Positions 46,872-55,366 of a DNA stretch of 64,000 nt are shown here, piece after piece. The DNA lies in the NCBI GenBank assembly GCA_963801355.1, contig CAWDEM010000008.1, forward strand, positions 2,816,001-2,880,000. Reading direction: 5' to 3'. Under the pieces are notes generated by a model, which was not told where the DNA came from, made no database searches, and worked only from the letters and a program-made list of their open reading frames with translations. This stretch comes from Ignavibacteriota bacterium. GTDB taxonomy: Bacteria; Bacteroidota; Ignavibacteria; UBA10030; UBA6906. Within the stretch, counting starts at the first letter, position 1. Every line of letters begins with the position of its first letter. Both the position numbers and the translations under genes were made by a program.

Positions 46872-48113
46872 ATGGCGACAATTCGTCCGTTCAAAGGGTA
46901 TCGCCCGCTCCCGGAATACGCAGCGCGCGTCGCGGCCAAACCGTACGACGTCCTGAACTCCGCCGAGGCGCGGGCGGAGGCGGCGGGAAACCCCCTGTCG
47001 TTCCTCCATGTGGGCAAACCCGAAATTGACCTGCCACCGGATATACATCTGTATGACGACAGGGTCTACCGCAAAGGGAAAGAGAATCTTGAGCGGCTCA
47101 TTCGCGACGGGATACTGCGCGAGGATCCGTCCCCGTGCCTGTATGTCTATGCCCAGACGATGGGCACCCATACACAGTACGGTGTTGTGGGATGTGCTTC
47201 CGTGGCAGAGTATCTCAACGATACCATCCGGAAACACGAACTCACCCGGAAGGACAAGGAGGATGACCGGACACGACACGTGCAGGTCACCAACGCTCAT
47301 TCCGGTCCTATCTTTCTCACCTATCGTGCGCAACCGGCTCTCGACGCAATTGTCGGCCGTGTGTGTGCCGGAGTGCCCGCGTTTGATTTTGTTGCCGGCG
47401 ACGGCATTCGCCACCAGCTCTGGGTCATTCGCGACTCCGCGACAATCGATGCCATCACCGCCGCCTTCCATGCCATTGCCTATCTGTACGTCGCCGACGG
47501 TCATCACCGTTCCGCGGCGGCGGCACGAGTGGGACGCGACCTGGCGGACGCCAACCCCCACCACCGCGGCGATGAGGAGTACAACTTCTTCCTCGCAGTG
47601 TTCTTCCCGCACAACCAGCTGCGGATCATGGACTACAATCGTGTGGTGAAGGATCTGAACGGGAAAAGCGAGTCCGAATTCCTGGTGGAAATTCAAGAAC
47701 ATTTCACTGTGACCGGGGCACCGGGAAGGCACAAGCCGGCACAGAAGGGTGAATACGGCATGTACCTCAACGGCACCTGGCACATCCTGCGAGCAATGCC
47801 GGCCTTGCTGAACGTCGCCGATCCTGTCGAGCGGTTGGATGTCTCGATACTGCAGAAGTACCTGTTGTCGCCGGTGCTCGGCATTGACGATCCGCGGACA
47901 AGCAAGCGCATTGACTTTGTGGGCGGCATACGCGGATTGGAGGAGTTGGAGAAACGGGTGAATGCAGGGGAGATGACGGTCGCGTTTGCACTGTATCCCA
48001 CTTCCATCGACGAACTGCTCGCCATTGCCGATGCGGGGAAAACCATGCCGCCAAAATCAACGTGGTTCGAACCGAAGCTGCGCGACGGGGTGGTTGTCCA
48101 TATGGTCAGCTGA
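46872..48113 (+). CDS. DUF1015 family protein
   Basis: PYDV, IRKHELTR..KE.DR, YVADGHHR and MPPKSTWFEPKLRDG. Confidence 0.92.
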   Translation: MATIRPFKGYRPLPEYAARVAAKPYDVLNSAEARAEAAGNPLSFLHVGKPEIDLPPDIHLYDDRVYRKGKENLERLIRDGILREDPSPCLYVYAQTMGTHTQYGVVGCASVAEYLNDTIRKHELTRKDKEDDRTRHVQVTNAHSGPIFLTYRAQPALDAIVGRVCAGVPAFDFVAGDGIRHQLWVIRDSATIDAITAAFHAIAYLYVADGHHRSAAAARVGRDLADANPHHRGDEEYNFFLAVFFPHNQLRIMDYNRVVKDLNGKSESEFLVEIQEHFTVTGAPGRHKPAQKGEYGMYLNGTWHILRAMPALLNVADPVERLDVSILQKYLLSPVLGIDDPRTSKRIDFVGGIRGLEELEKRVNAGEMTVAFALYPTSIDELLAIADAGKTMPPKSTWFEPKLRDGVVVHMVS

Positions 48114-48116
48114 CGA

Positions 48117-48543
48117 TCACTTCTTCCGGATAGGCTTCGGGGTTCCTTTTGCAGTAAGTGCGCGGTATGCAAGGTAGGCTGCACCGCCGATCTGCACGGT
48201 CCCGAGGACCGTTCGATAAATCCTGAACTGACTGTCTTTCGCCCATTGTGCACGAAGTGTTGCCGTCAGATCAGCCTTGGGTTCGAGCAATCCTCCGAGC
48301 AGCGGAGGAGGGATGGCTGTCTTTTGCCAGACCGCGAAGAATGACGTGTCTGCAGAAATGTCCTCGAATTGCAGGATCCGCGGCAGGAGAAGCGTCGCCC
48401 TGCCGGTGGAGAGACCCGGATCCGTGATGATTATCCCCCGGTGGAGTGCGGTGTCCGCAGGGGGGCTTACGGCTTGCTGTTGACTGCGTGCGATGAACCG
48501 AAAAAAGAATCGTCATCAGCACTAGTGCGGCTACTTTCTTCAT
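48117..48543 (-). pseudogene. Exported hypothetical protein (about 141 aa) split by a +1 frameshift near 48497-48506
   Basis: The signal peptide MKKVAALVLMTILF joins an open frame FIARSQQQ...YRTVLGTVQIGGAAYLAYRAL...KK*. Total length is 427 nt (3n+1). Confidence 0.7.
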
Positions 48544-48621
48544 GCGGTCGATCCTATATGACGCATCATCCACACAGTCAATGTACTCCCGAGTAGTCAC
48601 AGCCATTCCGGCGTTGTTCCG

Positions 48622-49272
48622 TTACAACTCTTTGATAAGTTTCACAACCTTCCAGATAAAATTCACGTCCCGTTTCTTCACGGTCACGGGATCGTATTCC
48701 GGATTCAGCGGAATCAGGTGGATATAGTTTCCTTCGAACTTCACTTTCTTCAACGTATCTTCGCCGTTCACGCGGGCGACGCAGACATCCCCGCTGCGGG
48801 CTTCCTGTTGCGGGCTGACAATCACGACATCGCCGTCTTCGATGCGCGGTGACATGCTGTTCCCCTTCACCTTCAGGGCGAATGCCTGCGCATCCTTCAC
48901 GTCATCCACCGTGACGTAGTCATCCGCAAAATCAGGGTGGAACAGCGTGGCAACCTTACCGGCGGGGACCGCGGCAATCAGCGGCAGGTCCACCGTTTTC
49001 ACACGCCGCCGGTTGCTCCCGGGAAGTGTATATACGTTTTCCGGCCGTGAGGGTGAAGGATACATTTCACCTTCACCCGTGAGGAGCCAGCTTGCCTGCA
49101 CTCCCGTGGCGCGCGCGAGGCGCGTGATGGCAATGCCGTCGGGCACCTGTTCCCCCTTCTCCCAGCGCTGCAACGTGCGCGTCACGATGCCGGCCTTGCC
49201 CGCCAGACTCGCCTGATCCAGCTCCTTGTTTTCCCGCGCGGAACGCAGACGTTCGCCAATGGTCGTTTTCAT
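48622..49272 (-). CDS. XRE HTH-S24 peptidase repressor (LexA/CI-like)
   Basis: IGERLRSARE..TLQRWEKG HTH; VPAG cleavage site; GNSM catalytic Ser; TLKK catalytic Lys. Confidence 0.93.
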   Translation of the reverse strand: MKTTIGERLRSARENKELDQASLAGKAGIVTRTLQRWEKGEQVPDGIAITRLARATGVQASWLLTGEGEMYPSPSRPENVYTLPGSNRRRVKTVDLPLIAAVPAGKVATLFHPDFADDYVTVDDVKDAQAFALKVKGNSMSPRIEDGDVVIVSPQQEARSGDVCVARVNGEDTLKKVKFEGNYIHLIPLNPEYDPVTVKKRDVNFIWKVVKLIKEL

Positions 49273-49284
49273 AAATACCCCGGA

Positions 49285-49374
49285 GACATTTTTGTCAAGA
49301 CCGCACTTGACAAGACGACATTTATGTCGTATCTTGAACGGGAGAAAGATACGGAAATCCGATGACGCTGTCAA
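49285..49374. promoter_or_regulatory. Face-to-face sigma-70 promoters with two GACA-N4-TGTC palindromes
   Basis: Plus strand TTGACA(49307)-17-TATCTT(49330); minus strand TTGACA(49374)-17-TATCTT(49351); palindromes at 49285-49296 and 49315-49330. Confidence 0.8.
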
Positions 49375-49397
49375 GGGCAAAAATGGGAGGCACGACG

Positions 49398-50309
49398 ATG
49401 CAGGAAACAACACGGTACTATGTCGGAATCGGGGGCTGGGAACATGATCTGCTCAATGGTTGTCTTTATCCGGACGCGGGGGCGACATCATCGCAGAAAC
49501 TCTCCTATTATGCCCGGTGGTTCAACACTGTGGAAGTGCGGCCGACATTCTGGGACGACACGCTCGATGCCGGTGATGCCCGCGAATGGGTGCTTGCCGT
49601 GCGGGAGCAGAAAGACTTCCTCTTCTCTGTGAAGCTCCACTCCGCGCTCACACACAAACACGCGCTCGCCGTACCGAAGACCGGGAACATGGAATCCCTC
49701 CTGGAAATGCTCAACAGTCACGGGCGTCTTGGAGCGGTTCTGGCCCAATTTCCGTACAGTTTCACGAATACAGGCGCCAACCGCCAGTATCTGGAAATGA
49801 TCGCCATCCGGTTCGCCGCGTTTCCACTGCACGTGGAGCTCCGCCATGCATCATGGGACTATCCGGGACTTCACGCCCTGCTGTCCGAATTGAAGGTCGG
49901 ATCTGTCAATGTGGATTTACCGCGCATCCGCCAGCTCATTCCCTACATTCCCCGGATGAGCGGTGACCGGGCTTATCTCCGGCTCCACGGGCGAAACGAA
50001 AAAGGATGGCTGCTCAACACCTTCGACGGACGGTATGACTATCTTTACAACAACCGTGAGATGCAGGAGATCCGTCGTCGTGTCTTCGCCCTCCCTCCGG
50101 ACTGCTCCCGTGCATTCGTGGTGTGGAACAATACGACCGCAGGAAAAGCCGTCGCAAATGCCCTTCAATGCATGGCGATGCTCCGGAGCAACGGCACAAT
50201 CCCGGCACCTCCCCTCGCACTGCAGGCATTCCCCTGGCTTAAGGAGTTCACGCGCACGGCATCGGGCGATGCACCGTTGTTCGGGGATAAATACCGGGAG
50301 GCGATGTGA
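49398..50309 (+). CDS. DUF72 (YecE/YunF) family protein
   Basis: YYARWFNTVEV, FSVKL, LAQFPYSF, ELRHASW, YLRLHGRN and YDYLY; GGAGG RBS. Confidence 0.93.
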   Translation: MQETTRYYVGIGGWEHDLLNGCLYPDAGATSSQKLSYYARWFNTVEVRPTFWDDTLDAGDAREWVLAVREQKDFLFSVKLHSALTHKHALAVPKTGNMESLLEMLNSHGRLGAVLAQFPYSFTNTGANRQYLEMIAIRFAAFPLHVELRHASWDYPGLHALLSELKVGSVNVDLPRIRQLIPYIPRMSGDRAYLRLHGRNEKGWLLNTFDGRYDYLYNNREMQEIRRRVFALPPDCSRAFVVWNNTTAGKAVANALQCMAMLRSNGTIPAPPLALQAFPWLKEFTRTASGDAPLFGDKYREAM

Positions 50310-50329
50310 AGATGAATCCCTCGCGCTGA

Positions 50330-51088
50330 CTAGCGGTTCGGTCTCTTTTTGCGGACGTCTGTCCGGCCGTCTCGCCGCGAAGAACCGTTAGGGCGGCCGG
50401 CCTGGTTGGAACCTTGAGAACGGCCGGGTTGATTGGAGCGGTGAGAACCGCCTGACTGGTTTGAACGGTGAAAACCGCCGGCCTGGTTGGAACCTTGAGA
50501 ACGGCCGGGTTGGTTGGAGAATTTGGAGCGGTCATTGTGCCCGGTGCCGAACGACCGTTGCGGCCGGCTCCCCGGACTTCCCCCGGGCCGGGGCAGGAGC
50601 GAGGAGAGTTCGTCCACAAAAGATCCCTGGAATTCATACGCGAGAGGATGTGGGGCGAGTCCCGCGCGGACGGGGATCATTGCCACCTCGCGGATGACAT
50701 TGCGCAGCTCCTCCGTCTTTCGCAACACACGTTCGCGGTAGGTGCGTTTCCACAGACGGGGACCTGCAGTACCAGCCGTTGCCGCCGCTGCAGCGATGCG
50801 GAAAGCGGCAAGGAACAACTTCATGTTCGCCCCCTCTTCCTTCCCCCGAATGAGCAGGGTGAGAGTTGAGGGCTGGAAGGTGTAGATCAGGACTTCGAAA
50901 TGGTGCGCCAGGCTTTGATCGCGCAATGCGCCGAGCACCGCACGCACTTCCTCCCGTCCGGCAAATACCGGTCGCGCTTCCAGCGTCTCCAGTGTAACAA
51001 CATACCTGTGCCTGCCGCGATAATCGAATCGCGGTTTGGGCTCTTCACCCGCACTGTGCAGCTGCATGATTTCTGTAGTCGCCATCAT
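50330..51088 (-). CDS. RAYT/Y1-transposase-like protein lacking catalytic residues, with a low-complexity tail
   Basis: FDYRG..YVVTL, LWKRTYRERVLR, PVRAGL and YEFQGS match the RAYT scaffold; no HUH motif or catalytic Tyr. Confidence 0.75.
   Translation of the reverse strand: MMATTEIMQLHSAGEEPKPRFDYRGRHRYVVTLETLEARPVFAGREEVRAVLGALRDQSLAHHFEVLIYTFQPSTLTLLIRGKEEGANMKLFLAAFRIAAAAATAGTAGPRLWKRTYRERVLRKTEELRNVIREVAMIPVRAGLAPHPLAYEFQGSFVDELSSLLPRPGGSPGSRPQRSFGTGHNDRSKFSNQPGRSQGSNQAGGFHRSNQSGGSHRSNQPGRSQGSNQAGRPNGSSRRDGRTDVRKKRPNR
50384..50518 (-). repeat. 5 x 27-bp coding repeat (SNQxGxxxx)
   Basis: SNQPGRSQG SNQAGGFHR SNQSGGSHR SNQPGRSQG SNQAGRPNG; an exact duplicate of about 35 bp at 81-bp spacing. 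Confidence 0.9.
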
Positions 51089-51170
51089 TTGCTATGAACA
51101 AGGTGGCACAGTGCACGTCCCAACAATGATCCTCCGAGTTCTTTGCTAGCAGAAGATCGTTGGGACGGCA

Positions 51171-51434
51171 TTAGAGATTCACACCGTGAGCAGTCAGATA
51201 CTGGCGAATCCGGTCCAGCGCTTCCGATTCACTGATGCGCAAACGTACACACGAGGCGCGAACCACCGACTCCAACGGATCGTGCCGGTTTCGCAGCCAG
51301 AGAAACATGTTGTAGCCCAGCCGGTCGAGGTCGTGGGGGTCCTCAACAGGAATTCCCGCGACACTGCCGTAAGCCAGCTTTTCGAGACTCTCGGGCGGTG
51401 CCGGTTTGACCGTGGAAGGAGCTTTCGTTGTCAT
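51171..51434 (-). CDS. Small hypothetical protein
   Basis: 87 aa, co-oriented with neighbours, globular-looking composition. Confidence 0.7.
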   Translation of the reverse strand: MTTKAPSTVKPAPPESLEKLAYGSVAGIPVEDPHDLDRLGYNMFLWLRNRHDPLESVVRASCVRLRISESEALDRIRQYLTAHGVNL

Positions 51435-51492
51435 ACACGGAGTCCAGTCTTACATGAAAGTGGTGCACCAATATACAGATTCAAGCAGATGT

Positions 51493-54240
51493 TTACAATT
51501 GATATCCGAGCATCAGGTAGACCAGGAACGGTCCCTGTTGAACCGGAATATTCGGGAGAGACCGACTGAAATAGAAACTCTTCCCCACCCCTAAGGCAGC
51601 CGGTCCGACCGGTGTCGCCAGAGCGAGCTCGAGACCGATACCATGAAGGAGGGAGCTGAATGTGATTTCCTCGGGAACCGCTGAAATGGTTCCGAGGTCA
51701 TACCGCGCTCTCAGATACGCATCAAACAGCAGTTGTACGGGCAGAAGGTAGCGCAATTCTGCGTTGACCAGGACAAGCTGCCGCCCGCGGCGGTCATCCT
51801 CGCGCAAACCGTAGAACGACTCGCGCCCCCCGAGGCGGAACTGCTGTGCCAGAGGCATCGTCCTGTCCGAGATCCCCATCGTGAATCTTGGATGAAACGT
51901 CAGGTGCTTTCCCCAGCTCCCGTAGCTCTCGTACATGAGATACAGGGAATTATAGCCGATCTCGCTCCCCAGTCCCTCCAGGGAGAACTCATACGAAAAC
52001 TTCAGCCCGACACCTGCCGTCGGAAACGGATAACTGTCCTTCGTGTCGATGACCGTACTCAGGCGCACCAGAACAAGCCGGTAGCGTTCGTCGAGCGTTG
52101 TCAGGCGGTCGAGGTTCACGAGCCGGACCTTCTGCCACAGGAGGTCCACTGACGTGTTGCCCAGCCGCTCCAGCAGGCTGCCGAACGAAATGCCGAAACC
52201 GTACCGGATTTCCCTGTATTCGCCGATACGATCGCGCTTCCAGCGGTTTGGCTGCTCCTGCGGGGGCGTCGCATACATATAGCTGTCGTAGGAACGGTGG
52301 AACGCATTGACACCAAATGTTACATAGCTCTCAAAGAGGCGTTGCGCCTTGTACTCGAGCGTGAGGTCGCCGTTGCGCGGCCCCCCTGCAATGGTGAACC
52401 CGAGTTCCATGCCTGTACCCTGGAAGTTCTCATCCCGGATATCCAGCAAGCCCTGCAGCTGCCTCTCGTCGTCGGCGCGCATACCGAAACGCACCAGTTG
52501 CGACGGACGTTCTTTGATGCGAATGGTGAGGCGGATGCGGTCGTCCACTGCGGTGATTTCCAGATAGACGAACTCAAACAACTTCGTCCCGCCCAGGTTC
52601 GAGAGACCTCTCCGTGCTTTACCAATCTCAAATACGTCCCCGGTCGTCAGAGGAAACTCGCGGAGTATGAACGGGTCCTGCGTGCGTTCTCCGCCCTGAA
52701 CATCGATGGCGCGGATAACGCCTTCGTCCAGCTCAAGCGTCAGATTCCCGGTTGCTTCATCGAGGTACGCTGTGTCGATCTGTGCAAGCGAAAGCCCTCC
52801 CGCACGGTATGCACGGAGCACCGCTTCGACCATCCGCTCGGCGGTCTCCGGGGTCATCATGGCACCCTTGATGGGCGCAACGATCTTCTGGAGCATTCCC
52901 TCGCTGACGTACGTGCACCCTTTGAAGCGCACATCATGGATCACAGGGTTGAGGATGCCCGAGAACCGCACATCAGTACCGCCGGCATTGCTTCGCACCA
53001 CAGCACTCACGTCCCGGTACTGTCCGGTGGTGTAGAGTTCATCCAGGAATGTGCGAATGGCCGCCGGGGATCCCCAGCGGTGTACTCCGGGCAGCGTACA
53101 GCGATGGAGGATTGAATCCGGGATCGTCGATGTGTCGTATTCCCACCTGACCGGTTCCTGCAGGGCCGACGTGTCCGCTCCGATCAGGAGCTTCGCTCTG
53201 CTCCTTTCCAGCAGCCGCAGGATATCCGGCATACAACGCTCCGCGGTCGCCTCACCGAGACGGATCAGGGTATCCAGACCGCGAAAAGAAGATCCCGGGT
53301 GGCGGCCGATCTCCGGCGTAAGCACGTAATCCGCCAGCTCCAGGCCGCGCTCGTTCACCCGCTCCATCATGATGCCCATGATCTGGTCGGCGGTTTGCCA
53401 GGGTGCTGTCATTTCGTCGGCTGTCCGCAGACCGCTTGTCGTATTGACGGCAATGACGAGATCGCAGCCCGCCGAACGGGCAACGTCGATAGGAACGTTT
53501 GACACAAGTCCGCCGTCGACAAGCCGCATGCTGTCGCGTTCGATCGGAGTGAAGAGCAACGGCACGGTCGAACTTGCGCGCAACGCTTCCGCAAGCGAGC
53601 CGTCGCGCATGACCACACGGCGTCCCGAAATAAGGTCGGTGGCAACTGCGCGGAAGGGAATCTTGAGATGGTCAAAATCGGGAAACGGATGGTACAGGGC
53701 CTGGAGGATTTTGTCACTCAGGAAATCGGTGAGGCGCTGGCCGGACGAGAATGCAGATGGGAGGACCGGAGCAAGCCCCTCGAACCGTACCGCGATGAAG
53801 CTGCGGTCATCCACGAGTTTCTGATCCATGAACAGTTCGGTTCGTTTCGTCTCATCCGACAGCGAGAGCACCTCGTCCCAATTGGTGGTCACCGCAAGTG
53901 ATTCGAGTTCCGCCGGCGAGTAGCCCGCTGCGTACAGCCCTCCCACGATCGCACCCATGCTGGTTGCCGCGATAAAATCCACCGGGATATTGTGCCGGGC
54001 GAGGACCTTCAGCACGCCGATCTGGGCGATGCCGCGCGCACCGCCGCCGCTCAGGACGAGGCCCACGCGCGGCCGGACAAGAGGACGCTCCCGGAGTATG
54101 TCAGCCGGCGTGCACCACTCCGGTTGGTAGTGCGGACGGAGAACACATACGGTATCGGCGGCCAGCGCCGGAGAGACATCCAGGGCGAAGAGAGCCAGCA
54201 AGACAGCCGTCAGGGCGCGGCGCACGGTGTCCGCCAGCAT
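51493..54240 (-). CDS. Patatin-POTRA-BamA/TamA (PlpD-like) outer membrane protein
   Basis: LSGGGARG, ATSMG and DGG; POTRA repeats; FRLGG..FYG and C-terminal LGYQL. Start moved to MLADTV. Confidence 0.9.
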   Translation of the reverse strand: MLADTVRRALTAVLLALFALDVSPALAADTVCVLRPHYQPEWCTPADILRERPLVRPRVGLVLSGGGARGIAQIGVLKVLARHNIPVDFIAATSMGAIVGGLYAAGYSPAELESLAVTTNWDEVLSLSDETKRTELFMDQKLVDDRSFIAVRFEGLAPVLPSAFSSGQRLTDFLSDKILQALYHPFPDFDHLKIPFRAVATDLISGRRVVMRDGSLAEALRASSTVPLLFTPIERDSMRLVDGGLVSNVPIDVARSAGCDLVIAVNTTSGLRTADEMTAPWQTADQIMGIMMERVNERGLELADYVLTPEIGRHPGSSFRGLDTLIRLGEATAERCMPDILRLLERSRAKLLIGADTSALQEPVRWEYDTSTIPDSILHRCTLPGVHRWGSPAAIRTFLDELYTTGQYRDVSAVVRSNAGGTDVRFSGILNPVIHDVRFKGCTYVSEGMLQKIVAPIKGAMMTPETAERMVEAVLRAYRAGGLSLAQIDTAYLDEATGNLTLELDEGVIRAIDVQGGERTQDPFILREFPLTTGDVFEIGKARRGLSNLGGTKLFEFVYLEITAVDDRIRLTIRIKERPSQLVRFGMRADDERQLQGLLDIRDENFQGTGMELGFTIAGGPRNGDLTLEYKAQRLFESYVTFGVNAFHRSYDSYMYATPPQEQPNRWKRDRIGEYREIRYGFGISFGSLLERLGNTSVDLLWQKVRLVNLDRLTTLDERYRLVLVRLSTVIDTKDSYPFPTAGVGLKFSYEFSLEGLGSEIGYNSLYLMYESYGSWGKHLTFHPRFTMGISDRTMPLAQQFRLGGRESFYGLREDDRRGRQLVLVNAELRYLLPVQLLFDAYLRARYDLGTISAVPEEITFSSLLHGIGLELALATPVGPAALGVGKSFYFSRSLPNIPVQQGPFLVYLMLGYQL

Positions 54241-54268
54241 CGGGGAATTTGCGGGTGCCTGCACGGAA

Positions 54269-55366
54269 TCACCTCGGCACATCCGTGCTGAGCCGGAACC
54301 GGAGAACCAATCCCTGTTCCTGGTCCAGCACATACAGTATCTTCTCGAAGAAGGCAAGGCCGCTCGGCCTGCGCAACAACCCGCCTGAGCGCTGCAACCC
54401 GAATGACTCGCTGCGCATGAATCCCCGGCTGGTAAATTTGAACACGCTGTCGAGCGCCGCATCGGCAACAAAGATATCCCGCCGTGACGGGTCGATGGCG
54501 ACAGCAGCCGGACGTGCATAGCGGTTCGGGCGGATGAAGTCGACCAGACGATCATCCAACCTTGCCGGATCGAATCGCGGCAACCATCCCTGGAACTCGC
54601 TTGTGCTCTGGTACACCATCCATAACGCCCCGTACGCCACGCCGTCAGAGGACTGTGCAAGGACAAAATCCCGGCTGTTGGGAAAAGCGGCGATGGCGGT
54701 CGGGTGGTTGATGTTGACAATGCCGGTTCCGATGCCGGTGACAAACGCGGGAAGGGGCGTGATGAATTTGTCGGACGCGTCGAATTGCAGCACCCGCGCG
54801 TCCGGATCAATGAAGCTCGTGTTGTCCGTTCCGTCGCGCACCGCGAGGTAGGTATTGTCGCTCAGCACGGCAATGCCCGGGAATCGCCGCCGGGGATGGG
54901 CGAGTTCCCGCCAGACGGTGTCGATGGGTGCCACGTCCAGGCGATGTGCCGAATCGGCTGACGCCGAGACCAGACGGAGACGGAATATCGCTCCCACCGT
55001 ATCCCCGTTCGTGGCAATCAATTCACCGCCCACCAGCAGGTCAAGACGCGAATCCTGAGACAGCGATACGGGATGGAGCATGGCACGCGTGCTCAGGACA
55101 CCACCTGCTCTGTTCAGCATCACGATGCGGTTTGCGCGCGTATCGGCGACATAGAGCAACTGATCCCGGCCGAGAAGAATTCCCTCGGGCTCTGTGAACC
55201 CGCCGAACGGCGGCTCGATCGTTACATAGGCCGTGTCAATCAACGTCGCCGGCTGCTGTGGAAGGCTTCCCAGATCCATGGGCGAATCGCACCCTGTCTC
55301 CAGTGATATCCAGAGCAGGGCCGCGAGACACGCGGCACGGCGTGCTATGTGCATCGGTGTCTGCAT
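54269..55366 (-). CDS. NHL/beta-propeller lipoprotein
   Basis: Lipobox-like ETGC; LYVADTRANRI and P.AVAID..IFVAD NHL repeats. Confidence 0.8.
   Translation of the reverse strand: MQTPMHIARRAACLAALLWISLETGCDSPMDLGSLPQQPATLIDTAYVTIEPPFGGFTEPEGILLGRDQLLYVADTRANRIVMLNRAGGVLSTRAMLHPVSLSQDSRLDLLVGGELIATNGDTVGAIFRLRLVSASADSAHRLDVAPIDTVWRELAHPRRRFPGIAVLSDNTYLAVRDGTDNTSFIDPDARVLQFDASDKFITPLPAFVTGIGTGIVNINHPTAIAAFPNSRDFVLAQSSDGVAYGALWMVYQSTSEFQGWLPRFDPARLDDRLVDFIRPNRYARPAAVAIDPSRRDIFVADAALDSVFKFTSRGFMRSESFGLQRSGGLLRRPSGLAFFEKILYVLDQEQGLVLRFRLSTDVPR

Noticed and set aside
48114-48621. Structured ncRNA (6S, tmRNA or RNase P) in the apparent intergenic gap
   Set aside because: No hallmark motifs; the region is better explained by a frameshifted protein gene.
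48622-49272. Prophage immunity region
   Set aside because: No integrase, cro, replication or structural phage genes nearby; the divergent gene is DUF72.
50330-51088. Active IS200/IS605 element
   Set aside because: HUH and catalytic Tyr are missing, there is no tnpB, and no paired end structures were identified.
8489-54810. Long N-terminal extensions in the ORF track (to 10081, 13881, 22212, 49413, 54810)
   Set aside because: They overlap neighbouring genuine genes; downstream starts with an RBS or signal peptide fit better.
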